DNA from: Octopus vulgaris
Lineage: Eukaryota
DNA: 64,000 nt
Direction of reading: 5' to 3'
NCBI GenBank assembly: GCA_951406725.2
Contig: OX597824.1
Coordinates: 26,908,001-26,972,000 of the forward strand
Made by a program: the position numbers and the translations under genes. Shown here piece by piece: positions 15,146-29,933 of the stretch. The notes beneath the pieces were generated by a model, which worked only from the letters and a program-made list of their open reading frames with translations, was not told the origin of the DNA and made no database searches. How positions within the stretch are numbered: the first letter of the stretch is position 1; the number at the start of each line of letters is the position of its first letter.

Positions 15146-15400
15146 AGCGTGGCTGCGTGGTAAGAGTGTTCCTAATTACACAGTTCCTGGTTCAGTCCCA
15201 CTGTGTACCACCTTGGGCAAGTATCTTCTACTATAACCTGGGGTCGACCAAAGCCTTGTAAGTGGATGTGGTTGACGGAAACTGAAAGAAATCCGTTGTT
15301 TATACATATATGTCTTTGTGTGTGTGTGTCTTTGTGTCTGTGCTCCCCCCGCCCATCACCGCTTAACAACCGGTGCTGGTGTGGTTACGTGCTGGAGCAC
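15146..15400 (+). mobile_element. SINE-A, partial
   Basis: Head and body homology. Confidence 0.75.
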
Positions 15401-15559
15401 CATCCCCTAATCTAGCAGGCATGTCAACATGAATATCCTTAGGGGTTAATCCCTTTTTTTCTGCACTTAATTGATAACACCACGATGCCAGATTGTGTTC
15501 ATTTTCAAGAGAAGTCTCTGGGGCCGGCCTTCAAGAATTTTTAATCGAATGAGTCGAAC

Positions 15560-16028
15560 CCAGCACCAGTTCTTAAGCCTGGTACTTATTCTATCGTCCC
15601 TTTCACGAACCGCTAAGTTACAGGGACGTGAACACACCAACACCAGTTATCAAACACATACACGCATACACACACATATGTACGACGGGTTTTCTACAAA
15701 ATCTACTCACAAGTCTTTGGTCGGCCTGAGACTACAGTAGAAGAAACTCGTCCGAGATGTCACACAGTGTTGCTGAACCCAAATCTATGCGGCTAAGAAG
15801 CAAGCTTCTTTATTTCATTACATTTGCCATGAAGGCAGTACATAGAGTAAAGTAGCTTTGCGGGCTGGACGAAGACATTTAATGAAATGAATGATAATGA
15901 AAGAAAGATGATAAGGATGGGAGAAGACAAAAAGCGCCCGCCGACTTCTGCTTCTCTAAAACATTGTTCTTTAAAACCAAACACAAACACAGAAGCAAGC
16001 TTCTTGCCACACAACCACATCTGTGCCA
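15560..16028 (-). mobile_element. Diverged SINE-A interrupted by the 180-bp retroelement fragment
   Basis: Head at 15991-16028, body at 15560-15810. Confidence 0.75.
15811..15990 (-). mobile_element. 5'-truncated second copy (3' end) of the ORF1-only element family, inserted in a SINE-A head
   Basis: Reverse complement aligns with about 40980-41136 (aaagaaca.tgttttagagaagc.gaagtcggcgggcgcttt...gtccagcccgcaaagctac...tggcaaat...aaataaa). 15-bp direct repeat agaagcaagcttctt at 15796-15810 and 15991-16005. Confidence 0.85.
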
Positions 16029-16431
16029 CGAATATTTCATTAAGTGATTTTATTTTGAGAAAACATCGTACCGGTACGAATGTAAGACATGCAGTTTCTA
16101 TAAGATTGTGCAATGTGTTACATTTAAATTCTTGAAATCTCTGGATATATCATAATATAGGCAAATCTGCCTCGAGTAAAAAACTAGTATAATGCCGTTC
16201 ACATTTGTTTCAATAACGTGAGGTGACCTAACACGCATTATGTCTATAGACATTGGGTATGATGACAATTTTCTCATACATATTATACGTTACATATCAT
16301 ATATATTCCTGTGGTAAAAATCTGGATTTTCTAATCACACCAAGCTTACTATATCTATCTAATTGTCTATCTGTCTGTCTTTCTTTCTGTCTATGTCTGT
16401 CTGTCTGTCTTTCTATCTGTCTGTCTGTATG

Positions 16432-16489
<58 letters not shown>

Positions 16490-16502
16490 CATCCATCCAT
16501 CC

Positions 16503-16565
<63 letters not shown>

Positions 16566-16610
16566 CACCCATCCATCTATCCATCCAACCATCCATCCAT
16601 CCATTCATCC

Positions 16611-16673
<63 letters not shown>

Positions 16674-16682
16674 CATCCATCC

Positions 16683-16768
<86 letters not shown>

Positions 16769-17410
16769 ATATATATAAGAGAGACCAGAAATGTGGCTTA
16801 ACATTTATGACAGCTCTTCCGGTAGAATTTTATTGATGTATACATAGGTTACATCATAACATATAATCCGCCATCTTCAGGTAAGAATTGAAACAAGTAT
16901 CAAACAACTGAGATTATACAACGATCGTGATGTATGTACATATAAATACATTTTTGCATGTTTGTTTGTTAGATGGTGTGTAACTGTGTGTGTGTGTAGG
17001 TATGTATATATAGGTGTTCGTAAAAAAGTCCAAATGTAATCCGAAGATTTTTTTTCCAACTTTATTAAAGTTTTGAGGGATTTGAGGTAGATCTGGCTGC
17101 CATCTCGAAACAACGAAGTTAAATCTTAAAGATATCAAGCTTTTCATCCAAGATGTAGATTTGAATAATGGCCAGCCATCAAGCTTGTTCCGAACATAAC
17201 ATGTAAGCTTATCCGCCAATGATTTTAAAGATAAGAACCACTTGTATATAAATTTTGTGGCTATAATTGAGACTTAAATGGTTTTGATTGGTTTGTTGCC
17301 GCAGGGTATATGTAACATAAAACAAATTTTTAAAATGTGTCCAATATTGTCCTGGCATATGTTATGTCTATATACACCTCCCTTCACTTGCGCATGTGTA
17401 TATATACATA

Positions 17411-17458
<48 letters not shown>

Positions 17459-17697
17459 CTATGCATATAGATAATACACACAAACATACACGCACATACA
17501 CATACATGTATTACACAAATGCACACATGCATAACTTCATGTACACTCACGCTCATACATATACATGCATACATATATTCATGCTTATTTATATGTATAT
17601 ATATATATACATATATATGTATGTTTGTATGTATGTATGTATGTATATATATATATATATATATATATTTATACATATTTATATATATATAAACATA

Positions 17698-17728
<31 letters not shown>

Positions 17729-17745
17729 GCACATATTTGTGTGTC

Positions 17746-17820
<75 letters not shown>

Positions 17821-18570
17821 ACACACACAGTCAGACATGTTATAAGCGAGACAAAAAGGGGAGAGAGAAGCAGCGATCTAGCGAGAAACAGGCACTCATA
17901 GACCCGCACACGCTCGCGCGGACACACATACGCAGATACACACATACACGTATATACATATAAAATATAAATCAAACACGCTGTTAAACGCATCAGTCAA
18001 CACATTACAGTCTAATGATATAACAAGTACCCTGTGTACAATTCTACATCTGGAGTCTACTTAGCAAAAGGAAGAGGTATGTGTCACTTTCATATAGAGC
18101 GCCATCTTGCTGTCATATCTAATTTTGTCATATTCGGCGACGGTTTCATTCAAAATAATTTGTTTCAATTAACATTCTGTAGTGATGTTTCTCTCTTTCT
18201 AAAAGCAGTCCATATTTGAAAGATGGTTTATATATCTCTCTGCTTCAAGGACTGGCATGTATTAATATGGAAAATTAGACATATTTAGAGATATATGCGT
18301 ATGTGTGTACGTAGGTTTATATGTATTTTCACACATGAATATGCGGAAGGTATCTACAATATGTAACTGTGTATATATACACGGTATTTTTTATGTATGC
18401 ATACGTGTATGTGTATGTCTTCAGTGGTTGTCGTTTATATATAACACGTAATTAAAAATAATTTAAATGTGTAAATGGTTTAAAATATGCATATCAATCA
18501 GTCCATCTATCTATCTATACATAAATATCTTGAGAGAGAGTGAGGGAAAAAGAGAGACAGAGTGATTTGT

Positions 18571-18678
<108 letters not shown>

Positions 18679-18748
18679 CAAAATGTAACTACGTGTGAAT
18701 CCTTGGCGATTTTCTTCCTCCGCCTTCTTTTCTATTGAACTTTCCTCT

Positions 18749-18783
18749 GTTTCTGAAGAAGAGCTTTGCTCGAAACGTTAAAC
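18749..18783 (+). ncRNA. Minimal type I hammerhead ribozyme (dimer type)
   Basis: gttt-CTGAAGA-a-gagc ttt gctc-GAAA-cg-TT-aaac; palindromic ACGT stem III; GUU triplet. Confidence 0.75.
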
Positions 18784-18993
18784 CATCTTTCTTTCCTTCC
18801 CTGAGCGTCTGTTAATACTTTACATGTACCACGTACTCGCATTGTTGGTTTTTGTATTTATTCTTCTTTTGTTGAATTTACTATATATACATATATATAT
18901 ATATACACATATACATACATGTGATCTCTTAAGCACCACCAGCTCAAATATTTTCTCCTCTGTCTTCCCTCCTTGGGATCTTTCCTTCTCCTT

Positions 18994-19028
18994 GTTTCCG
19001 ACGAAGAGCTCCGCTCGAAACGTTAAAC
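18994..19028 (+). ncRNA. Minimal hammerhead motif, CCGACGA core variant
   Basis: gttt-CCGACGA-a-gagc tcc gctc-GAAA-cg-TT-aaac; second unit of a 245-bp tandem pair. Confidence 0.6.
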
Positions 19029-19439
19029 CCTCCTTCCCTTCTTTCCTGAGCGTCAATAATACTTTAATTGTTCCACGTCCTGCGTTGCTGTGTTTTTTTC
19101 TCTTTTTTTCTGTGTTTTCTTGTTTGGATTAACTTTATATATATATATATATACATACATACCAGCAAAACATTCAAACACTGAGATTTGAAATCAGATG
19201 TCACTACTGTTCATATCCTCTGCGGATAAATTTTAAAATTGTTGATATCACCAGCAGTGACATAGGTGGTCACAGGCAAAATACCATTATATAGCTACGA
19301 ATTATAAAATTGCACGAAGCGTAATGATGCTTAACAATCATCTACCTGCTAGAAATAAGAGCTAAAGTATTAAATTAATCCACCGTACCGCACCAAGATG
19401 ACAGAGAAAAACAGTTTGCGTTGAAAATAGAAAGAATTT

Positions 19440-19712
<273 letters not shown>

Positions 19713-19718
19713 TATATG

Positions 19719-19785
<67 letters not shown>

Positions 19786-19790
19786 ATATA

Positions 19791-20175
19791 TATTATATTA
19801 AATTAAAGATAAAACCACTATTAGGCAAATCAAACAATGAGAAACTTAAGCCAATACATAAAATTAATTAATTTATATTATTTTAAATATATATCAAAAG
19901 TATTAAAAGATTAATAAAAAATAATGATTAAAACACTACGATCGTTTCATGGCTGTCCAATTCGTAATAATTCGAGTTATGGTTACAGTCAATCTTCAGG
20001 TGATTGAAATATTTATCTTAGCGAGGTATTGGCTTAAGTTTTTCATTGCTTGATTTTCCTAATAGTGGTTTTATCTCTAATTTAATATAATATAATATTT
20101 TACTATAAAATTGGATTCAATCCTAAATCTGATTTTTCCCTGTAAGTTTGGATTCATTCCCTAATATTTTATTAT
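19791..20175 (-). mobile_element. Hammerhead-bearing Penelope-like fragment with approx. 67-bp inverted repeat
   Basis: 19791-19857 is the reverse complement of 20026-20092; the hammerhead lies between the arms; (TA)n on both sides. Confidence 0.65.
19934..20002 (-). ncRNA. Type I hammerhead ribozyme, intact core
   Basis: Minus strand reads cac-CTGAAGA-ttgactgt...acagccat-GAAA-cgatcg-TA-gtg: palindromic stem III acgatcgt, GUA triplet, short stem I cac/gtg. Confidence 0.72.
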
Positions 20176-20176
20176 A

Positions 20177-20343
<167 letters not shown>

Positions 20344-20364
20344 ACTTACATATATATACCTATT

Positions 20365-20429
<65 letters not shown>

Positions 20430-21889
20430 AAACTGTCCCTAAAAGGTCGGGCGGAGGTGGCGAACACGTACATCGCGTCCGTCATCTACTACCGCCTGAC
20501 CGTCGTACCTTGTCCCGACCCTACCATCACCAAACTACAACGCATTCTCTTTCGCTTCTTGTGGAAAGGATGCGTCCCGATGGTCAGGCGATCCATTTGC
20601 TGTCAACACCCGTTAAAAGGAGGGCTGGGCATGCCGTGGTTGATGATGCGCAGACACGCGCTGAGACTGCGACATCTCTGGCTCTATGTAGACGACGGTG
20701 AACAGGTGTGGTCGCCGTTTGTGAGGCACGCTTTCCCGCAGCTCGTCTCCATGACCGAACTGCAGTCGTGGATCAAAAAGAGGCCGAAGAAGGGCGAATG
20801 GCACCGCGAGTGTCGCGTTGCTCTCAAGCAACTCTGCCGTCCTGGGTCGACCTTGAGTGACTTCAACACAACCAAAGCATTCTATAGGGGTTTAGTGGAG
20901 GGGAGGTACGACGACGAGCTCGGGGCGAACCTGGACGTCGACGAGGAGTACCTGACCCGCCTGTTCATGACGACTTTCGGGCCAGGGCCCATGGACAACT
21001 TCCAGAGATCCCTGGCCTGGCAGTGCTACCGAGAAGCGCTACCCGTTCGGGATAAGCTCTACAGACACGGCTCGAGAAACACGGGGCCGACCTGCCCGAG
21101 ATGCGGTCAGAGCGACGAAACCGTTCTGCACGCACTCGTGCAGTGTCCAACAATTTCCGACCTGTGGGCTTGTATCGAACAACTGCTGTCACGTGTGGGA
21201 CGAGTCGGTTTATCAGCTGAGTCTATCGTTAATATTGTCACGCCTCCCTCCTTCAAACGGGAAGGAAGAGCTATTTTCATCATCCTTGTGGCTATGGCGA
21301 AAGAATGTATCTGGTGGACGCGTCTGAAAGGATTGGAGACAAACACTTTCCTCTCTGGTCAATCTCTCATCAACTTCTTCAAGTACCACTTGAAAAGGAA
21401 AGTGAGAGTAGAGAGGCAAGTTTTGTCTAGCGAATGTTTTAAAAAAGATGGGTGAATGTAGCAAGAATGGCACGTATGAATGACGAAGCCACCTTGAGCA
21501 TGATCCTATGAACCCAGAAATTGAAAACAGAGAGTTGCTTATTTGCAAAAAAAAAAAAAAAAAGAAATATAACATGTAACTCCATTGACCGAGGTTACCG
21601 TGGTCTTTTCCGTAGGCTTTTCTTTCCACGGGTAAACCTCACCTGTCCTCCCCTTTACACTTCATATTGACATTTCTGTGATAACGATCCCTATTGATCA
21701 ATTTTTTTTTTTCCTCTCCCCCTTTTTTTTAACCCCCCTTTTTTTGTCCTATTTCTCTCCTTTTACGATCCCTTTTGATCGAAACTCCCCCTTCCCTTTT
21801 TTTTTTTTTTTTAAACCTTCAAAAGAAAAGCTCTACCTTGTAATTTGTTCTATCTGTGTGCAGCCCTGTGTGGCTAATAAAGAAACATA
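20430..21889 (+). mobile_element. 5'-truncated Tx1/L1-clade LINE: ORF2 C-terminus plus 3' UTR
   Basis: [23 protein letters not shown]...LFRFLWKG...KGGLGMP (post-RT region) and [18 protein letters not shown] (zf-RVT-type C-terminal knuckle). Frameshift near 21445, stop about 21511. Pyrimidine-rich UTR, AATAAA near 21876. Confidence 0.9.
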
Positions 21890-22320
21890 TCTAATGATCA
21901 TACATCATACACATATGCTTACGAATACATGTACACAAAAGCCAAATTTGAAAATATGCTTATGTATAATGAAAACGCTCTAGTCCCAGCCTTCTTCAGC
22001 TACAATTGACATCATGACTCAGCGCGCGCACAGACACACAGACACACATACATACATACTCAACAGAACTTCCTTTCAATTACCCCCTCTTCCGCAATCA
22101 AAACAGCTTTCATTCAAATTTTGCTGACATTTTGTGCCTTGCTTGTTTGTCTTGTTTCGGTTTGTTTTCTCCTAATCAGTGTAATAAATCAGATTTGATA
22201 AATTAATTTACTTGACTGGAAAATGGACAACAGACGAAACAACAATTTTTCTTTTCTTGAATCATGTCCCAGCCCGTACTCTCATTTACCTAAGTGTCTA
22301 TGTATGTATGTGTGTATGTG

Positions 22321-22481
22321 ATTGTTCAGTTTTATTTCAAGATTTTTTGCCAATAGAGAATGAATCGGTTTCTAACCTAGATCCATGGCTCCTCCATTGG
22401 AATTTCGACATCAACAACAGGTATTTTTGTTTACATGTATGTATGTATGTATGTATGAATGTATGTATGTATGTATGTATG

Positions 22482-22514
<33 letters not shown>

Positions 22515-22677
22515 GTGTGTGTGTGTGTATGTATGTATGTGTGTATGTATATATGTATGTATGCCATTATTCAGTTTTAAATTCAAGATTTCTTGCCAAT
22601 AGAGAAAGAACCGGTTTCTAACCTAGATCCAAGATTCCCTCATTGGAATTTCAACATCAATAACAGGGTATTTTGTT

Positions 22678-22709
<32 letters not shown>

Positions 22710-22770
22710 TGTATGTATGTATGTATGTATGTATGTACGTATGTATGTATGTATGTATATATGTATGTAT
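22321..22770. repeat. Duplicated approx. 115-bp unit, each copy followed by (TATG)n
   Basis: ttcagtttta.ttcaagattt.ttgccaatagagaa...ggtttctaacctagatcca at about 22325 and 22570. Confidence 0.8.
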
Positions 22771-23024
22771 GCAGATTTGTATATTTTGCTTTATGTATAT
22801 ATTATCATGCATATAGTTGCATATCTAGACATGCTCATATATATATATTTAAATTATAAACTTCTGGATAGTTTTCAGAGTTTTACGGTTCCAGTGATAG
22901 ATTGGAGCTGTAGTCTTCGAATTAGCTTTCTGCTTCCTCGTTTTGAGTATTCTCATAACTCAAGAATGGTATTTAGGCAGTGTGTTTATACCCCAGTGAT
23001 TACGGGTATGAACCTGAACTTGTA

Positions 23025-23055
<31 letters not shown>

Positions 23056-23679
23056 TGTATGTATGTATGTATGTATGTATGTATGTATGTATGTATGTAT
23101 GTATACATGCATGCATATATGTATGCATGTATGCAAACATCTATGCATGTATACATGTATGTATGAATGCATGCATCTATGTACGGGTATATGTATACAT
23201 GTATGCATACATCTATGCATGTATACATGTATGTATGAATGCATGCATCTATGTACGGGTATATGTATGCACGTATGTATGTATTCACGTGTGCATGTAT
23301 GTATGCATGCATATTTGTATGTATATATGCATGTGTCTATGCATGTATGCATGCATGAATGTATGTACATATGTAGGCATGTATGGATCTATGTATGTAC
23401 GTACGTATATATGTTTGCGACAATATGGTTCATGCGATTGTGTGTGTGAGGCTGTATGCGTGTCAACGCGTACACATGAGTGCATGGGTGTATATATTGA
23501 GAGCTGATTATGTATGTATGTATATGTAGCCATCCATCGATTTTTTCATCTCCCTGCCTACCTATCTACCTACCTACCTACCTACCTACCTACCTACCTA
23601 CCTACCTACCTACCTACCTATCTCTCTCTCTCTCTCTGTATATATATATATATACATCCTCTCCCTCTATCTTTATCTC

Positions 23680-23710
<31 letters not shown>

Positions 23711-24373
23711 CTCTGTTTACCCATATCCCTCTCTATGTACCCAACTATCTACATGTCTACATACCTACCTACCTACCTATCTATCTACCTACATACATAC
23801 ACACATACCTACCTAACTACTTCTCTCTCTTTCTCTCTCTCCTCCTCCTCCATCCATCCATCCATCCATCCATCAATCCATCCGTCTATCCATCCGCCCA
23901 TCCATGCATCTGTTTCTCAGTTTCTTATCTTTTTTCAATCTACGCAGCAAAAATTAAATTTGTCCCATTTATACATCTATTACAACATAAGTTTCATATA
24001 TATACCCTCAGACAACGATTTGGGCATAGAAACAAGGAATCCGCTCTCACAATTAGAACCTCGCTAATTTCTACTCTAAAAAAACTTCCATGATGCCTGT
24101 CTTCATTAGTCACGGTATGCAATTAAACGGAAGAGCCTCCTCTCCCCCATTTGAATTAGTCATAGAAGCAAAGGGCTGGACATCCCCCGACCACTTCCAG
24201 CCGCTCCTCCTTGGACATTTGTAACCCCATGTCACTTACCAGGGTGTTTGATTCATACAATGATATATGTATGCACTCGAGTAATATGATAGTACGCAAC
24301 TGTTGAATATTGTAGGGATACCTGCGAAGTTCTGCTAAACAACCTTACAACATTCGATGGAGAATGTGTGTAT

Positions 24374-24426
<53 letters not shown>

Positions 24427-24732
24427 AATGTGCGCATGCGCGTGTGTGACTATGTATGTGAGCATGCGTTTATCTAAGCATCTATCTATCTATACATACA
24501 TACATGCATATATAGATGTAAATATATATAAATTCATATATGCACACACATACCTTTATATATCTCTATATATGTAGAAAAGAGAGAGAGAGGAGGCATG
24601 CATATGCATATAAGCTTGTGTATATGTGTGAATGTGTGAATGTGCATACATATGTAAATATATAAATATATGCATATATGTATATATGTCTATATATACG
24701 CACACATAATTATATATACATATATAAACATA

Positions 24733-24774
<42 letters not shown>

Positions 24775-24839
24775 TATATAGATAGATAAATAGATAGATA
24801 GACAGACAGGTAGATAGATAGATAGACAGATAGATAGAC

Positions 24840-25009
<170 letters not shown>

Positions 25010-25339
25010 GGGAAATGCTAGGTATGTGCCTGTGTACAGACGTGCAAAGCAGTCTTCAATCTGGTTCCATCCAACCGTAACGGCGTCACACCTTAACTAA
25101 TGCTGTGTCTTGTTTCACTTTCACTGTTGATATTTCATCATTTCACCTTCACATGAATTATTACTCAATATTATTTTAGATCTGTATTTGTTGTGTTTGT
25201 GTTTGCCTCTTTTGTTTCAATATTTTTTTTTTTTACTTTCTTCTTCGAAAAGTTTTGTTATTAGGTGACTATAGTTATATGTTCGTGAGCATGACTATAT
25301 ATTCGTGTGGGCGCATATATATATATGCGTGTGTGTATG

Positions 25340-25406
<67 letters not shown>

Positions 25407-25848
25407 GTATAGAAATTAAATATAAAATATAAATTACAAAGTGGGACAAGAACGCAAAAACACACAAGGAGACGACACAAAAAAACAGACGGGTCACTCG
25501 AAGCCTCTAATTTTTCAGTAGGGAACCGGATCATCTTAGTAATTTCGGCTGTTTAATCTCGATATCACTCCGACCCGGCCAGCCCCAAGGAAAATCCAAG
25601 CCACAGGCATTGGATTTCTTGGAAAGAGGGTCGAATGTATACGGAACAAAGACAGGATGCCACACGAATATAAATACAAGAAACAAAAATATATATAAAA
25701 AACACGAATGGTGGACAGTACAAGGACAGGAGCGTCTTACGACTTTGGACAATTTTTAACTTATCTTGGCTGGCGTAAATGAAAAAAGCCTTCGACGGCA
25801 AAAACGAAAACAACGTGAGCGTGGCCGCGGTCAGGCCGAAATGACCAT

Positions 25849-25907
<59 letters not shown>

Positions 25908-25915
25908 TATATATG

Positions 25916-25957
<42 letters not shown>

Positions 25958-25958
<1 letters not shown>

Positions 25959-26171
25959 TCTCTTTCACTTGTTTCAGTCAGTTGATTGTGGCCATGTTGG
26001 AGCACCGACTTTAGTCGTGCAACTCGATCCCAGGACTTATTCTTCGTAAGCCTATCTGACTCTTTTGCCGAACCGCTAAATTACGGGGACGTAGACACAC
26101 CAGCATCGGTTGTCAAGCGATGTTGGGGGGGGGACACGCAAACATGTACGCACACACACACACACACACAG

Positions 26172-26213
<42 letters not shown>

Positions 26214-26406
26214 TTGTATATATATATATACATACATATATACGACGGGCTTCTTTCAGTTTCCGTCTACCAAATCCACTCACAAGGTTTATGTCGGCCT
26301 GAGGCTATAGTAGAAGACACTTTCCCAATGTGCCACGTAGTAGAACTGAACCCGGAACCATGTGGTTGGTAAGCAAGCTACTTACCACACAGCCACTCCT
26401 ACGCCT
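25958..26406 (-). mobile_element. SINE-A
   Basis: Full-length homology. Confidence 0.88.
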
Positions 26407-26417
26407 ATATATATATA

Positions 26418-26479
<62 letters not shown>

Positions 26480-26745
26480 GCGCGCGCGCAGTTTCTGTCA
26501 ACGAAATCCACTCGCAAAATTTTGGTCCTCGAAGCAGATCACTTGAAACTAGAAATAATAGCAGGTTACTTTTGGTTTGAGAAAACCAATATAATTTAGC
26601 TATTAATGTTTCAAAACAAAAATTAGTTCTCGTTCTCTCTAAAACTTATATAATTGTCATGTCTTCAATATACATACATGTGTGTGTATGTGTATGTGTG
26701 TGTGTGTGTGTTTGTATGTATGCATATATATACACATATATGTAT

Positions 26746-26800
<55 letters not shown>

Positions 26801-27730
26801 CATTGGCATGGCTGGGGATGTGTGCCAGTGTGCGTGGTTGTGTGTCTTTGTGTGTGTGTTTGTTCCCCACCACAGCTCGAGAAACGGTGCTGGTGTGTTT
26901 ACGTTCCCGTAAACTAGCGGTTCGGCAAAAGAATCCGATAGAACTAGGCTCTAAAACGTTACACGTATATATATATACATATACATATATACCTACATAT
27001 TTACTGACTTACAACACGATTAAAGGAATATGAAATACTATATACAAGATGAATTATTGAGTTATTCAAATTATAATCCAGTTTTCATCATTTTTGAAGA
27101 GAAGCAAATAAAGGTCCCGTGACCGACGATAAACGAAAAAGGGGGATAATTTCATGAATGAAGATGCCTTAGAAAATATCATGCACTTAACGAAATGACA
27201 TTCGGACCGTTCGAAGACTACAGGACAGTTGTGAAATCACACATATACAAGAATATTTGCATAGTGATGAGCAAAATTTGCCAACCAAGAAATGCTTCTT
27301 TAGATAACTCTTCATGAGAGGAAATAATTTAGAACACAGCAATCATGGCAATATATTAAATTGTTGTCAAACTATATTGTTTATTTCCGGTGTATCAGTC
27401 CGTGTTGTTTCCAAAGCGAATGTATTTCCGTGTTGACATCTCCAGCAACATATGAAGGACGATAAAACCCATGGTTATTCAATTTTAATAAAGAAAACTG
27501 TCAACTGCATTATATTATGTTTAGTGAATACTTTACTCTGATATCCTGTAGTTAAAAGAACATTATATAAAAGTATTTGTACACACGCCGTTTAGGCATA
27601 CACATACATAAATATATATACATAGACACACACACATATATGTACATACATACATACATATATACGAATATTTGTATATATATATGTATATATGTATACA
27701 TATCTATGTATATATATGTGTATATATATG

Positions 27731-27783
<53 letters not shown>

Positions 27784-27799
27784 ACACATGCATATATAG

Positions 27800-27841
<42 letters not shown>

Positions 27842-27909
27842 ATGTGTATATATATACATACTCATTGTATCACGAAATATATATTGAGTATATCTATCTA
27901 CATTTCTGT

Positions 27910-27961
<52 letters not shown>

Positions 27962-28316
27962 ATATCTATCTGTCTATCTATTTATCTGTATGTCTATCTG
28001 TCTGTCTATGTATGTATGTATGTATGTATGTATGTATGTATGTATGTATGTATGTATGTATGTATGTATGTATCTATCGATCTATCTATTTATCTGTCTG
28101 TCTATCTATCTATCCATCTATCCATATATATGTATGTATGTATGTGTATACATGCATATACATGTACTCTCACACACAAGCATACATATGCATACACACC
28201 AGCATTTAAAAAAAAGCATGTGCACGTCTGTATATGCGGGTGTTCGTATATGCGGGTGAATATCTGAATGCACACATAAGCATTCAGCTTATGTTTATAT
28301 AAATTTGTCCATTATG

Positions 28317-28474
<158 letters not shown>

Positions 28475-28633
28475 GGATGTTTCTGTGTGTGTGTGTGTGT
28501 GTATATATATTCATTTAACCTGCGTCACATGCATATCGAGTGTCAAAAAATAGAAAGTCCATTTGGCCTTATCGGAGCGGACAATATTTATAGTCGTTTC
28601 GGATTGACCTCCTGGTGCGCACATTCCACTGGT

Positions 28634-28691
<58 letters not shown>

Positions 28692-29078
28692 GCATATACA
28701 CCGTGGTACAGAGAGCACCCATGCTGGGTGATTATTAAAACAGCTACAAGCATATCTGATAGATAATTGTTATCATGAAACTAATACTGCAACTGTCAAC
28801 CTTGAAATTGTTCCTGTTGTGTAGACCAAGTTTATGATATTACTGGGCTCCCATAAGCTGTGATTATGGCTCTATGTTAACATGATAAACCCTGGGCATT
28901 TGATACTCTTGTCATTAACATTTACATATCATATATTATGGAATATCATATGTGTGTTATGCAGGAAGCGATGAGCACATCGAAGTGTGTATGTATGGGA
29001 TATTATGCGTTAGTACTTGTGTGCATGCATTTGTTTGTGTGTATGTGTGTGTGTGTGTGACAGAGTGAGAGATAGATA

Positions 29079-29110
<32 letters not shown>

Positions 29111-29654
29111 TAAAGTGGTATCTATTCTTTGATTAGATCTGATAGAGCAGATGTATGATGAAAGGTATTCAAAGCAGGGTCGTCTTACATAAATGCTTAT
29201 CACGGGTTGCACGGAAGGCGCGTAGCTTAGTGGTTTGGCTATACAGCTCAGGATCGTAGGGTCGTGAGTTCGATTCCCGCTGGTGTTTTGTGCTCTCAAG
29301 CTAGACACTTCACTTCACGTTGCTCCAGTCCACTCGGCTGGCAAAAATGAGTTGTATCTGTAATAGAAAAGGCCAGTCCTGTAATATTCAGTGTCGTGCT
29401 GGCTGTTCAGTTGATCAGATCAACTGGAACACGCATTGTCGTAACCAACGGAGTGCCAGATCAGGGTTTGATCAAATCGACTGTAGTTCTTATTTGTTTA
29501 AAGTCTGGTACTTAAAAACGAACCGGAAAGTTAAGGGGTCGTAAGTAAACCAAGACCGGTTTTCAAGCTGCAATAAGGGGTGTGAAAACAAATACAAACA
29601 CATATACATACACACACACACACACACACACACACGCATATTTTTTTTTTTTGT

Positions 29655-29920
29655 ACTTGTTTCAGTCATTTGACTGCGGTCATGTTGGAGCACCGCCTTT
29701 AGTCGAGCAAATCGACCCCGGGACTTATTCTTTGTAAGCCCAGTACTTATTCTATCGGTCTCTTTTGCCGAACCGCTAAATATACACGAAGGGCTTCCAC
29801 ACAGTTTCCACCTATCAACTTCACTCTCAAGGCATTGATCAGCTCGACTATGTCATTTGGCCAAGGTGCTGCGCAGTAGGACTGAACTTGAAACCATTCG
29901 TTGCAAAGTCAGCTTCTCAA
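29655..29920 (-). mobile_element. SINE-A fragments
   Basis: 3' part near identical to other copies; 5' part diverged. Confidence 0.7.
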
Positions 29921-29933
29921 CTTCCGTCTAGAA

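Larger units (their letters stand above)
18690..19135 (+). mobile_element. Two tandem hammerhead-bearing units (Penelope terminal repeat or retrozyme-like)
   Basis: Two diverged units, each with a hammerhead followed by ...ttcctgagcgtc...aatacttta...ccacgt.c..gc.ttg, each ending in (TA)n. Confidence 0.65.
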
